The notes beneath the pieces were generated by a model. That model did no database searches and was not told the origin of the DNA. It saw only the letters and a program-made list of their open reading frames with translations. The position numbers were made by a program, and so were the translations under genes. 64,000 nucleotides of DNA from Octopus sinensis. Its lineage: Eukaryota. Of this stretch, positions 35,111 to 48,664 are shown one piece after another. How positions within the stretch are numbered: the first letter of the stretch is position 1; each line of letters opens with the position of its first letter. The stretch covers positions 66,774,001 through 66,838,000 of the forward strand of contig NC_043000.1 of NCBI RefSeq assembly GCF_006345805.1, written 5' to 3'.

Positions 35111-35260
35111 AAAACTATCTGACGAATGGGTAAGTGAAACTCTGAGTAACAGTTTTTGTGATATTTTTGCTGCTTTTTAATTTAGCATATTACTCTACCT
35201 CTAGTATTCGAGCACTTTTTTTCCACCTTGTTCCACATCTATGTGCTTACTCTGGTATAC
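35111..35260 (+). ncRNA. HHR-bearing mini-element (same family as 33612), in intron 1, sense to the gene
   Basis: AAAACTAT-CTGACGA-ATgggtaaGT-GAAAC-TCtGA-GTA-ACAGTTTT; downstream 100 bp matches 33716-33820. Confidence 0.7.
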
Positions 35261-35354
35261 ACACACACACACACACACATAAATATTCAGGATTAAAAAC
35301 AACAGTTGGAAAAAATGACACATCTGTGTGTGTATATATACATACATACATACC

Positions 35355-35395
<41 letters not shown>

Positions 35396-35911
35396 AAACA
35401 TGTGTAGTAAATGAACATACAAATGTATACTACATACACAGATGAACAGAAAACACAGAAGGTTACCAACTCCTCATCAGTTATCGGCCAGAGGGGCAAA
35501 GTGTAATTTTGGCCATTATCGATAATATTGCTTCCACTCTGGAGGCACAGGCAAGAAACTTGCCAGGAATCAGACCAAAACATAACAAGATGAGATTGTT
35601 AGTAAACAGACGAGGGAGAAAACAATAAACAGAATAAAGGCTTAGGGCCACATGAAAACAACAATTGAAATGATAATAATACATATGTAGCCAAAAAAAC
35701 AAAACCTTAGGGCTGCAAGATAAAATAAAAATGGGTAATGCGAAGGAGAAATGAAAACTGTCATAATGGACTATAAACACGGGAGGGGTTGAGCTAGGAG
35801 CTCAGAAAATCGTGACCAGTGCGGTTGAAGGCAACACGAAAAAGAATGACACTGCCTTAGGCCATCACCGATCATATGATAGTGGAAGGAGGGTAACAAA
35901 GACAGACAGCA

Positions 35912-35914
<3 letters not shown>

Positions 35915-35958
<44 letters not shown>

Positions 35959-37335
35959 CTTTATTCACCATAAGGTTGAGAAAAAGAGGGGACAAAACAA
36001 ACGTTGGGGTCAGGGTATCGAATGAGACGAAACATGAATAAACAAACAATTAATATATATACAATTAAATGAGAATGAGTGAATAACAAAAAATGAAGCG
36101 GAGGACGCGGTTGACCCCATAAACCACATACTCACACTGAAGACTTCGCTTTCTCCTTTTTTACTTTCTCAATTAAGCAGGTTCTTTCACTCGCAACATA
36201 CTTGCTATATACTTCCATCTTTTACGAAACACACTTTGCGACAGGCATTTCTTCTCCAGCCTTATTTTCCGTTTCATGTGGAAACGAAAAAGTCGATTAG
36301 CTCGAGACTGGAGATAAACATGCCTGTTGCAATTCCTTTTACTCTCGTCTTCCACACTACTTCTTTCGCCATAGCAACTACCGAAAGAAAACAGGCTCGC
36401 TCCTCCCTATTCAGGAAGGTCGGCGGAACTATCTTAATTACAGATTCGCTCGACAGTTGTACTCTTCTCGAATGCGACAGCAGGTGTTCGACATAAGTCC
36501 AGAGTTCAGTCACCTTGGGGCTTTGCACAATCGCGTGCAGGACAGTTTCACTGTCCCTCTTACATCTTGCACAAACCGGCGAAGGTGCACACCCATGTCT
36601 AAAGAGCTTATCTCGAACTGGTAAAGCTCCTCTGTAACATTGCCAGGCCAGGGACTTTTGGTAATTATCCATAGGCCCCAGACCAAATGTTCTTTGGAAC
36701 AGGCTGGCCAGTTGATTTTCGTCGAAGCCCAGAGTTTCTCCTAGGACGTCGTCACACTTAAACTCTACTAACCCTCTATAGAAGAACGCGGTAGTAGCCC
36801 CACCACCGGCGTTGCCCGACTGGGAGAGAAGCACGAGTGCCTGATAGCACTCTGCATGCCACATGCCCAACCTCGGTCTACACTTGATCCATGGGTTCAG
36901 TTCGTTAAACGATGTGAACTGTGGAAATAACAGCTTGACAAACGGAGACCACACCTGCTCACCGTCCAGGTAAATCCAGAGGTGCCTAAGCCTGAGCGCA
37001 TGTCTGCGCATTTTAGCCACGGCATCCCTAACCCACCGTTCAGCGGCTTTTGGCAGCAAATAGAGCGCCTTACAAGAGGTCTGCTGCCCCTCCACAAAAA
37101 GCGAAAGAGCATGCGTTCCAGTTCGTTCAGCCACGAATCGGGGCAAGGCACTACGGTTAGGCGGTAAGTGATTACAGAGGCGATAAACACTTCTGCAACC
37201 TCCGCCTTCCCTTTCAAGGACAGATTCCGTTCAGACCATGTCTGAGTTAGGAGATCCACCTTTCTCGCCACCTCGCTCCAATTCTTCTCTATCTGGAGAT
37301 CTGGACCTAACCAGATCCCAAGCATTTTCAATAAT
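35915..37335 (-). mobile_element. Tx1-clade LINE, 5'-truncated, 3' end abutting (TC)n
   Basis: LGIWLGPDLQIEKNWSEV, WSERNLSLKGKAEV, CARCKRDSETVLHAI; related to the 15300 copy; contains an AAA-rich 3' UTR. Confidence 0.92.
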
Positions 37336-37337
37336 AG

Positions 37338-37736
37338 GCGCAGCAGTGGCTGTTTGGTAAGTAGCTTGCTAACCAACCACATGGTTCCGGGTTCAGTCCC
37401 ACTGCGTGGCATATTGGGCAAGTGTCTCCTGCTATAGCCCCGGGCCGACCAAAGCCTTGTGAGTGGATTTGGTAGACGGAAACTGAAAGAAGCCCGTTGT
37501 ATATATGTATATATATATGTGTGTGTGTGTTTGTGTTTGTCCCCCCTAGCATTGCTTGACAACCGATGCTGGTGTGTTTACGTCCCCGTCACTTAGCGGT
37601 TCGGCAAAAGAGACCGATAGAATAAGTACTGGGCTTACAAAGAATAAGTCCCGGGGTCGATTTGCTCGACTAAAGGCGGTGCTCCAGCATGGCCGCAGTC
37701 AAATGACTGAAACAAGTAAAAGAGAGAGTAAAAGAG

Positions 37737-37738
<2 letters not shown>
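37338..37738 (+). mobile_element. Full-length tRNA-derived SINE
   Basis: Head with GGTTCAGTCCC B box, internal (TG)n, AAAGAGT-repeat tail; many partial copies across the window. Confidence 0.88.
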
Positions 37739-37783
<45 letters not shown>

Positions 37784-37809
37784 TAATAACAATAATAATA
37801 ATAACAATA

Positions 37810-38200
37810 ATAAAAGATCAGTAAATATAAAGACTTGCTAATAGAAATTGAAAAAATGTGGCATCTCAAGGCGACTACAGTACCAGTGATTGTAGGAGCT
37901 CTAGGAATGATAAAAAAGGTACTGAAACCTATTTGAAAATGATACCAGGCTTACTATCCCTACAGGAAGTACAAAAAATCGTGTTAACTGGAATGGCTCA
38001 TGTACTGAGAAGAGCATTATCGCTGTGAAAACAACATCCATTCATGAATTTATTTATTTATTAATTTTTTAAATACATATTTTACCTGTGAATTTGCATA
38101 TGTAATCTGGGAATTCATACAATGAGCGTCTTTGCCCTAGGTGTACGGATAACACTTGGCGAGAAACGGAAGAAAATTTGAAGAAAGAAGGAAAACATAA
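37810..38200 (+). mobile_element. R4/Dong-like REL-endonuclease LINE, short 3' fragment
   Basis: KYKDLLIEIEKMWHLKATTVPVIVGALG..AHVLRRALS; flanked by (TAA)n. Confidence 0.85.
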
Positions 38201-38218
38201 TAATAATAATAATAATAA

Positions 38219-38372
38219 TCCTTTCTACTATAGGCACAAGGCCCGAAATTTGCAGGAGCTGGATAGTCAATTACATCAAACCAGTACTCAGCTGGTACTT
38301 ACTTTATCAACTCTGAAAAGATGAAAGGCGAAGTCAACCGTGGCAGAATTTGAACTCAGGACATAGCGAGAG
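38219..38372 (-). mobile_element. SINE fragment
   Basis: Reverse complement of the GAGTTCAAATTCTGCC..GACTTCGCCTTTCATC family. Confidence 0.7.
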
Positions 38373-38399
38373 ACATGATAATAATAATAAAAAGAAGAA

Positions 38400-39270
38400 G
38401 ACGAAGAAGAAGAAGTAAACCCATCAGTGGCTACGGAGCTCAGGGCTAAAAGCAGAGAGCGAAGGTTTCATCCTGGCTGCTCAAGATCAAAGCCTATTAA
38501 CCCGGAACTACCAGGCCAATGTGATGAAAAATGGAGCAGACCCAAAATGCCGATTCTGCAACAACATGATTGAAACAGTGGACCACCTAATCTCTGGATG
38601 TAAAGTCTTAGCACCAGTGGAGTATAAATTAAGACATGACAGAGTTGGCCAATATCTACACTGGCTAATAAGTCGGCATTACAATATCAAAACTGCCGAC
38701 AAGTGGTATAATCACCACCCTGAAGCTGTAACTGAAGGAGAAAATGTAACAATTCTGTGGGACTTTCCAGTACATACAGACCGAACCATCAAAGCCAATA
38801 AACCAGATATTGTTGTGAAAGACCAAAACAATAAAGTTTGCTTATTGATTGACATGAGCATCCCCTGTGATCATAATATCTCGGCGAAAGAGTTTGACAA
38901 GCTCAGAAAATATAAAGACCTGCTCATTGAAATTGAGAAAATGTGGCATCTCAAGGCGGTTACAATACCAGTGATCATAGGAGCACTAGGAATGATCAAG
39001 AAGGGAACTGAAAATTATATGAGAATGATCCCTGGCTTACCATCCCTGCAAGAAGTGCAAAAGATTGTCTTAACTAGTACATCACACGTATTGAGAAGAG
39101 CATTGTCGATGTGAGAACTATTACTACCCATGTATTTTAATTTAACTTAAAAAAAAAAAATGAACAAACTATTGAGTTTAGTTTAATGGCCTACCTATGA
39201 GTTTCTTTGCCCTAGGAGTCGGGAAGACACTCGGCAAGAAATGGAAGCAAATTTGAAAGAAGAAAAAAAA
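38400..39270 (+). mobile_element. R4/Dong-like LINE 3' part (zinc knuckle plus PD..D REL endonuclease)
   Basis: CRFCNNMIETVDHLISGC, WDFPVHTD..NKPDIVV..IDMSIP..KEFDKLRKY; followed by (TAA)n. Confidence 0.92.
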
Positions 39271-39288
39271 ATAATAATAACAATAATG

Positions 39289-39355
<67 letters not shown>

Positions 39356-39679
39356 AAGTGATGATAATGATGATGATTTCTAACACAGACACAAAGACCC
39401 ACATTTTGGCAAAGGGATCTAATAGATAATATGTACTTATTCTATCAACCATGAAGGACTAAGTTGGCTAGAATGTAAATGGACGTAACTAAATATTTGA
39501 AAGTATTAAGTCCCACACTCTACTAATAGTAAGTATATATTGGCAGAAAATAATTAAGAAATAGAATCATCATCATCATCATCATTCAGAAACTACTTTT
39601 AAAAAGACTCTTGAAAAATCCTGTAGAATATCTCAGTTAAACTATCCATATTCTAAAAGTATAGAGACTAAATGAAGAA

Positions 39680-39783
<104 letters not shown>

Positions 39784-40084
39784 CTATTTAAGATTGTAGG
39801 TTTGAATAATTCATTGGAAATGGAATTGAGACTCAGATAGCTGAGATTAAGAAATTTTTTATCATCTCTTCCTGCAAAAATCTTTTGCAAATTCCTTGGG
39901 ATTAAGTTAGACCTCCTGCCATAAATCTCATGATAACCATTCCATAGACAGGAACTTTATGATGAGGTTGGTGTAGATGAAAATGATAATGTTGAGAGTA
40001 ACTAATAACTACAACAATTCTTATAACAACCAATAAAGATTGTCTAACATATGGTTATCGGGGTTTCAACCATTGGACAGTAGC

Positions 40085-40335
40085 CTTGCTGGGGCACTGC
40101 CTTGAAGGGTTTTAGTCAAAAAACTCAACTCCAGTAGTTATTTTCTTTTAAGCTTGGTACTTATTCTATTGCTCTCTTATTCTAAACCACTAATTTACAG
40201 GGATGTAAACAAACCAACACTAGTTGTCAAGCAGTGGGGGGGGGGGGCAAACACAAACATACGCACATAGATACATACATTCATTCATACATTCACACAT
40301 ACATGTGTACATATATACACACATACATATGTACA
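40085..40335 (-). mobile_element. SINE 3' half
   Basis: Reverse complement of the 37338-family tail. Confidence 0.7.
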
Positions 40336-40369
40336 TACATACAAACATATATACATACATACAAACATG

Positions 40370-41100
40370 CAATCCAGGAACAAGAGATTGCCACAAATTA
40401 CCTGGTGAACAAGAGAGACAGTGATGCTCTCGTAATCCCAAGGTGCAACTGCATGTGTAGGCTATGTTATGTTTCTGTGGAAGACATCATACATGTGATT
40501 AGAAGCTGTCCTAAAATGTCATCATGGTATTACCTCCCTATGTGACACGATGTTGTTGATAAAACAATTTACAATGTTATCCACAAAAAAGACTGTCCTG
40601 AAATAAACTTAGAAAATCCCTCTGTTATGGAATACATTCATAAGCACCAACTCAAGGAATACTGGTGGAATGTTCCCATCAAAACTCCTGTCAAATGTAA
40701 ATGTAACAGGCCAGATATTGTTGTTTTGGACAGAGAGGCAAAGGTATGTGCCATCATAGAGGCCAGCTGCCCTGCAGATATAAATATCTCTTTGAAAATC
40801 AAAGAAAAAGAGGATATCTATGGACAACTGCTTCGAAACCTCCAGCTTCTATATCCAGACTATGAATTCATATTCATACAAATAATAATTAGAGCACTAG
40901 GTTTTGTTAGTAAATGCTTAAAGGAGAATCTGGATAAACTGGAATTTTCAGAAAGAGGAACTGACCGGCTAATTCATACATTACAAGTGCAATCTGTAAG
41001 TGGAATAGTAAAAATATGCAACTTTTCTTAAGTTCCAAATGTGAATTTGTCAGTGTTAACTACATCCCAATGATGGAGTCTTGTATCTTTGTTGGAAACT
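40370..41100 (+). mobile_element. Second REL-type LINE family (R2/R4/NeSL group), 3' part
   Basis: CRLCYVSVEDIIHVIRSC, WWNVPI..NRPDIVV..IEASCP..KEKEDIY. Confidence 0.85.
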
Positions 41101-41179
41101 GGCTCCCTCCTCCATAGAAGATTTCTTATAACTAAAAAATAGAAGTGACATACATACATACATACGCATGTATGTATAT

Positions 41180-41340
41180 GATGAGCTCCTTTCACTTTCC
41201 ATTGACCAGATCTACTTACCAGGCTTTCATTGGTCTGGAGCTATCATAGTAGTTACTTGCCTGAGGTGCCATGCTGTGAGACTGATCCTGGAACTATGTG
41301 GATGAGAAGAAAACTTCTTACCACACAGCCACACCTGTGC
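41180..41340 (-). mobile_element. SINE 5' half
   Basis: Reverse complement of the 37338-family head. Confidence 0.6.
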
Positions 41341-42892
41341 TACACCTAGAATAACTATTGTAACATCATATTAATTTGCAAGTACTTTTTGTATCTCACA
41401 TTAAACAATTTATATATGAACTGAAATTAATTTTCTGTATTATACCAACAGGTGCTAGAATACAGATATTAAATTGTTTCAGAAATAATCAATTTTAATA
41501 CTATTTGATCAGCCAAGAAGAAGTGCACTTATGAAGTGTAATTTCACATAATGATGCTCTACCATCCAATTGGTAATAGTTAGTTCTTATGTTGATTTAA
41601 ATGCTTGTGGTTCTGATAATGATGGAGTACTGCTACCATCTTTATTTCATCCAAATATTTTACTGGAAGATCAACACACACACGCACGCACGCACGCACG
41701 CATGCACGCACGCACGCATGCACGCACGCACGCACGCACGCATGCACGCACGCATGCACGCACGCACGCACGCACGCACGCGCGCACATGTAAGCTCAAA
41801 CTAACAAACAAAAGAATTTGATAATTTAAATTATACATTAGACTGATCATCTATTTTAGCCTTCATTCTTTCTTTTTTTTTACAGCATATAATTTGATCG
41901 TGTTGCTACCAATCAGCAATCAGGCCTATTGAAACAATATCAACTATGAATTGATTATTATTGTATTATTTTTTTTGTTAAATAATTGCTTCAGATTGAT
42001 ATCTTAATGCTCTTTGTGTTAGATATATTAACATCAACTTAACTGATGTTTTTCAAGCAGATGGTGTCTCTAAGTTTCTTATTCTCAAAATAATCCTATG
42101 TTCTTATGCTAACCAATATACAATGTTGTACAACTTCTTAGTGATTCTTTCATCTCTACTTTGGCAAGTACAGTAAAGTTTGTGTTTCACTGAAGGAATC
42201 ATAATAGGACTAAAACATCTCAAGAATTGTCTCCCATGCTTGTCAAACAATTAAGATAGTATTATTCATTGACTGATATATTTTTCTTTACTTTTTAATG
42301 CTCCATGTATAGAATGTGTTGGCACTATCTGAACTACATATCAATTCCTGGTTGATTTATTGCTATATCACAGAGCCATAGTCTCAATTCTTGCTCATTT
42401 TATATTACACAATACCAGAGGGAATGCTCAGTGCCAATGACAAGATATGCATTCAGAGCTGAGAAAATTGGAATTCTTCATTTAAATTATTCTCATTATA
42501 ATAATTCAGATATTAAAATAACATTTAATGAGAATTTAATGAAAGCAGCTAAATTTGAACCCATTTTTTCCCCTATTTCTTTTGAAAGAAATTGCCTTTG
42601 TTCCAATGAATTTTGAGAACAATGAAAAATTTTGTCAAATAATTTTGTCACTATTAAGTTGGTGTTTGGAACAAAAATTAACATGTAATTTTCATGGAAG
42701 GATTTAATTTAGATAATTTTAAAGCAGGGAGTTTGTATTACAGAACCAAAGGCAATCTCATGTGGATTAGTAAACTAATTCAAATTTATAAGATAAACTC
42801 TAAAAGTTACTTAGGAAATTTTTTATACCTTATTTCTTATTCTGTTATATATTTTAAAATGAAAATGTAAATGTGTTGTTAAATATTTGCAG

Positions 42893-43036
42893 GTCCCGTT
42901 GCCGGAGCTCTGACTAATGTGTATGGATGTCGCAAAGTGGCTGTTGTTGGAAGCTTACTCACCACATTTGGTTTTGTCATTAGCATATTTGTCAATAATG
43001 TATACTTTCTTTATTTCTCCTTTGGTATTCTAGGAG
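42893..43036 (+). CDS. MCT transporter coding exon 2
   Basis: TTTGCAG acceptor; GPVAGALTNVYGCRKVAVVG..FGILGG; GTATGT donor; 144 nt, phase 1-1. Confidence 0.95.
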
Positions 43037-44981
43037 GTATGTAAACACTTTAATTATCTTGAATTCTGTGCATTATAGAGAATATTTTTTGCTATTCTAA
43101 TATTCTGAAGAAAAAACATTATGTTCAATATTGTAGTGGGCCCATGAAAGCAGTATTGCATATAAACATTTAGATTATTTCAAATATGTTTGGGACATTT
43201 TTGGCCTGTAAAAAGGCCATATTTACTGTTAATTTTCTTTGGAAAACCTTTCTTACTTGAGGTAATTAGTGTTGAAAAACACCAACAGTCATTTCAAGAT
43301 GCCTTCTTTCTATCCATGGTGCTAGTGATAGCCAGGAATCTAGAAATGCATTCATTGTTCTGCTGAAAGAGTGTACCTTGAAATGGTTGTTGGGATTTTC
43401 AATACCTATAGCGAGAAAGGTTCCCCACAGCAAATTAGCAGTGAATATGCCCTTTGCACAGATAAAATATTTCCCAAGCTTATTTCAACTGATCTAAATG
43501 TTTGCTTATGTTTAAAGTTCAACTGTATTTTAAACAAATAATATTTGACTTCAACTGTATTTTAAACAAATAATATTTATTTTGGAGGGTTCAACACAAA
43601 TTTTATTTTGATAAGTTAGAAATGAAATACAATGTATCAGTTTTATGGAAGTTTAAAAAAAAAAAATGACCAGGTTATCTTTGTTTCACTTAACTTCTCA
43701 TTTGTAACATAAGTTAGTCTTTAGCAGGGCACTTAATACCTACCACTGTGCTAGATAACAGCAGTACCTTAGCAGCATCAGCATCAGTATCAGTAGTAGT
43801 TGGGGGGGGGGGCAGTTATGGCGATGGTGGTGATGGTGGTGGCGGCAACAGCAGTGGCGGTGGTAGCGGTGGTTGTGGTGGTGGTGTTGGTGAACTAACC
43901 TCCAGCAGATAAAACATGCATTTTGCAGCAAAGATTGACTAATGACTGATCTGATCTTGTCAATCCTTTCTACAATCTACTTTTCGTCCCTTCACAATTT
44001 GTATTTTCCTAACGTAACATGTTTCGGGCAACATAGCAGTTTGGTTACAATTCTGAAAGTAATGTTCAGACATTTATGAAACAACTGGTTGTATCTAAAT
44101 ATCACCAGAGTCACTGGAGTCACCAGAAATACTCAGCCTTTTATCAACAATTGTCTGTTTTTGATGTGTAACAGACACCAAAAATAAAATGATTGTAATG
44201 TTAATTTCTGATGCTGACCAACCTTGGGAAATTTAATGTTTCTATCATTTGACAAACTCATTTTCATCAAACCACAAATACTGTTATGATTGTTTTACAG
44301 TTATTCTGTATATAAGTTTAAAGCAGACATAAGTTTGTTATTTGTAATATATTGTATGTAATATATTTTTTGTTTATGTGAGCTGTAATATATTAATTTA
44401 TATTCAATTATTTTGTATATAAATAAGTAATAAATGTAAATATATTAAAACTTCTTTAGGAATTCTTCTAAACAGTTCTCAATAATGCTGCATCTATTCA
44501 AATATATTTCCTTCAACAAAAATACTTTGTTTGAAAAGAAAATGACAATCAACCTCACACACACACACACACATACAAGCAGACATTCACTAGCATATGC
44601 AATTCTTAAGAACAAACAGAGTTTGATGAAAAATGCAAATATCTTCAATGAGAATCAAAGTTTATATCTTTCAAGATGTGAAAATATTAAAAAAGTTTAT
44701 AATATTCTAATATACAGACAGCTTGATAGACAGACAAACAGACAGACAGGTTTAGATTCACAAACAAATGTGAAAGTTAATTCATAAAGCAAAATATTGA
44801 TATTTTTATTAGTTGAAGAAAAAGCAACTCTGATGTCTAGAGTTTTGTATCATTGCATTTACTGAGAGCAATAGACAAACTGATAGACAAACAGAATCGT
44901 CTTCTCATAAGTTTATTTTTTTTTAGTAGTAATGTTGTTACCAGACCTAACTATTTTATATTTTCATTATTTTATTTGCAG

Positions 44982-45920
44982 GTATTGGTATGGGACTTAT
45001 TTATCTCCCTGCCATTGTGTGTGTTGGGTTCTATTTTGAAAAAAGAAGGTCTTTTGCAACTGGATTAGCTGTTTGTGGAGCTGGTATTGGAACATTCATA
45101 TTTGCTCCATTGTCTCAATTTCTGTTGAACTTTTATGGTTGGAAAGGTGCTGTTCTGATAAGTGCAGGTCTTATTTTGAACTGCATTTTGTGTGGAGCTT
45201 TATTCAAGCCTCTGCCTAAAACCAAAATACCAAAAGAATCTATATCACCTGTTTCTGAAAAAACATTCCAAAATGGAAATATAAATATAAAGAAAAGAAA
45301 AGAACTTTCTGTTACTCCAGATGAAATAGTAAATTTAACAAAAAGTGAAAATAATTTGGCTACAAGAAAGCTGAGTATAGATTCTCGTCATTCCCAATAT
45401 TCTGTTGGGGGAACCAGGTCTCGCATATCCAGACGTTCCTTTAGTGGCAGTGGTTTATTAAATGTTTCAGTTTTCCAAAGCCATGCTTCAGTGATCTCAA
45501 TGAGTGTCCTCTCACTCCATGAACAAGGTCAGGCAAGTGGAGGATGCTGGAAAGAAACAAAGACTATATTTCAGCAGACATTGAACCCTGCATTATTGAC
45601 AGACCCAATCTTTGTTATCTTCCTTATCTCAAATTTCTTCATTTCTGTTGGATATATAGTGCCTTACATTTATATACCAGACTATGCATTAGAAAAAAAT
45701 TTACACCCTAACAAAGCTGCCATGCTTGTATCAGTAATAGGTGTATCAAATACATTTGGTCGAGTTGTATTTGGCTATCTCTCTGATAACCCACGAATTA
45801 ACCGGATTATATTATATGCAACCTCCTTAGTGATTTGTGGAATTGGTACCTTAGTGTTCCCATTCCTTGAAATTTATCCTTTACAAATCTTTTATTCTGT
45901 GATATTTGGAATATTTACAG
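44982..45920 (+). CDS. MCT transporter coding exon 3
   Basis: GIGMGLIYLPAIVCVGFYFEKRRSFATGLAVCGAGIG..VSNTFGRVVFG; AG/GTAAGG boundaries; 939 nt. Confidence 0.97.
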
Positions 45921-46139
45921 GTAAGGAGCCATCAATTTTTATTCTTTGTTATATCGTTTTCAGCATAACTACTTCATGAGTTTTATAGTTAAATTAAGGA
46001 TCAGCATTTCATAATTAAGCATAGATCAGTGGTTCTCAACTGGGGTCTCATATAACCTTTGGGGGTCCACATAAGATTTTGTTGCTAAAATTTATGTGCA
46101 ATAAACTAGTTATACATCTACAACATACAAAATATTTTA

Positions 46140-47630
46140 ACAATTTTATTATACCATCATCATTGTCGTCATCATTTAATGTCCACTTTCCATGCTGCCC
46201 TGGTTAAGATGGTTTCACTGAGAACTGGCAAGTCGGGAGGCTGCACTAGGCTCCAATCTGATTTGGCAAGGTTTCTACAGCTTGATTCCCTTCGTAATGT
46301 CAACCCCTCCAAGAGTGTAGTGGGTGCTTTTTACTTGTCACTGGCACAAGAGCTAGTCAGGTGGCACTGACATTGGCCAGGCTTGAATTGTACTTTTTAT
46401 GTGCCATTCAGGCAGCTCTGGCATCAGCCATGCTCGAATGGTGCTTTTTATGCATGGGTGCCAGTCAGGTGGCACTGGCATCATCCATAACTATGATTTC
46501 ACTTGGTTCAACAGGTCTTCATGAGCATGCCATATCACCCAACGATTGAAGGGTGCTTTTAAACAGACCAGTTATGTAATACTGGCATTGGTTATGACTA
46601 TAATCTCACTTGGCTAGCTGAGTCTTCTCAAGCACAGCATATCTCCAAAGGTCTTGATATCTTGTCAGTGCCACTGTGAGGCCCAAAGTTCAAAGATCAT
46701 GCTTCACCACCTCATCCCATGTCTTCCTGGATCTACCTCTTCCACAGAGGTATATATATTTGCTTGTGTGTGCATGTTTACATAGTGATTTTCTCAAATG
46801 TTCTAATGGTTCATTAGAGGTAGTAGATAATTTCTGCTACCTAGGGGACCCAAATTAGTTGTGGGAGAGGATGCACAGAGAATTTGATAGCTACAATACA
46901 ATCAGGATGGAGGAAATTCTTGGCTATGAAACATTTCTCCCTCCATCTGAAAGGCAGATTGTCTGATGCAAGTATATGGACAGCAATTTGACATGATAGT
47001 GAGACATGGGTCTTGAATGCAGAAGACATGGGAACATTAGAGAGGAATGAGGCTAATATGCTCCACTGGATGGGTAATGTCAGTGTACATGTACAACAGA
47101 GTGCTAGTGTATTGAGAAAGAAGTTAGGCATAAGTGGAATTAGATGCAGTGTGTAAGAGAGAAGACTGGTTTGGGCATGTGATGAGGACGGATGCTGACA
47201 GCTCCATAAAGAAATGCCATTTGCCCAAAGTGGATGGAACTCATGGAAGACATGAGGTGAAGTACTGAAGAATGACCACAGGACACTGAACCTTTCAAAT
47301 GAGATGACAAAAGACTGAGATGCCTAGAGCCTTACTGTACTCAAAAACACCTGTATCCCACAGCAGAAGCAATAAGGCTGCTCCTCCTGGTGAAGATGAT
47401 TGGCTTGCAAGAGTCATGTACTAGTGCCGCATAAAAAAACACTCATGCGGTGCCATGTAAAAACACCCAGCACACTCTGTAAAGTGGTCTGCATTAGGAA
47501 GGGCATCCAGCAATAGAAACTATGCCCAGTCAGATTGGAGCTTGGTACAGCTCTCCAGCTTGCAAGCTCTGGTCAAACTATCCAAAACATGCAGCATGGA
47601 TAACAAGCATTAAATGATGATGATGATGAC
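46140..47630. mobile_element. RTE-clade cluster: 3' UTR on minus (46140-46700); ORF C-terminus and 3' UTR on plus (46780-47630)
   Basis: SLEVVDNFCYLGD..HDSETWVLNAEDMGTLERNE..LRKKLGISGIRC; (GAT)n tails. Confidence 0.75.
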
Positions 47631-47639
47631 ATATATATA

Positions 47640-48200
47640 AAGCGAATAATTAGAAAAGGGAGAAAAATATAGATTAAACAGTACATCAATAGAACCACAT
47701 TTAAAGCTTGTTTATTGATACAAAGCAAGACATAACAAAGCTAACAGCTGTTTCTGATCAAATTCCCAGAATGCAGTCTATACATAAATGTGAGAATAAA
47801 ATTCTGCATTTTCATAGGGCACTCGAATTAAGGCAACCAATCTTCATCAGAGTGAAAAACAAAGCATACAATATAAACAAAATGGAGAAGGAATAGGTAA
47901 GAAAACATGGTTTAGACAAATAGTCTAAAGGCCCAATATGTTAAGTGCACATAATTAATTACCATCCAAACTCAAAGAACATAGATGAGAGAATGAGCTA
48001 TTAAAGGATTAGGGAATACGGGAGGGTGCAGTTAGGAGGGGCGAGTCAGGGTGTTAAAGGAAGAAGTTATCCAGAAGCTCTGTGTAAATAAGATACTAAT
48101 ATAATTCTGAAAGTGAAACCTATGTTAAATGGAGTAAACTTAAGTAAAATTTAAAAATTAACTTAGTTTACTAAATAAAAAATTTACTCACAGGAAATTA
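47640..48200 (-). mobile_element. PLE 3' remnant with degenerate HHR (47741-47854)
   Basis: FWITSSFNTLT-like endonuclease end; CACT-CTGATGA-A-GATT..GATC-a-GAAAC-AGCT-GTT-AG. Confidence 0.5.
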
Positions 48201-48664
48201 ATACCAAGAATCCCCACTTTGTATTTTGTATTTTGCCTTTTATTTCTATTATTGGTGATATGAGAACACTAATGATCTCTGGCTTTCTACCACATTATTA
48301 GCCCTACTTATATTTGTATTACTATAACCCACCCATCATGCTTGACTCCTTCTTCCTTCTCATTTCATTCTATTTTATTATTTATTTCATAGTCTTTCCT
48401 TTACTCTATTGCACACTATACCCACTAATATTCCTTACACCCGCTACGAATTATTGCTTTTTCGTTTATTACTTTACTGATTAGATTTAATTAGTATTTT
48501 TCTATCTTACCTTTGGGCATTTTATTTTTATATATATTTTTATTTTTGCTTTTTCGCTCACTTAGTTAAATGTTTATCTTAAGGTTACTTTTCTCATAGG
48601 ATTAACCAGCCGGTGGTCTTGGCATTAATTGTACACATCTATTGTACCCATTAGTTTCTCTATA

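Noticed and set aside
35430-35495. CTGATGA plus a stem on the minus strand, possibly in a PLE 3' remnant
   Set aside because: No GAAA or stem III follows; too decayed to call
43518-43580. 32-bp-period tandem duplication in intron 2
   Set aside because: Ordinary slippage-type duplication with no further structure
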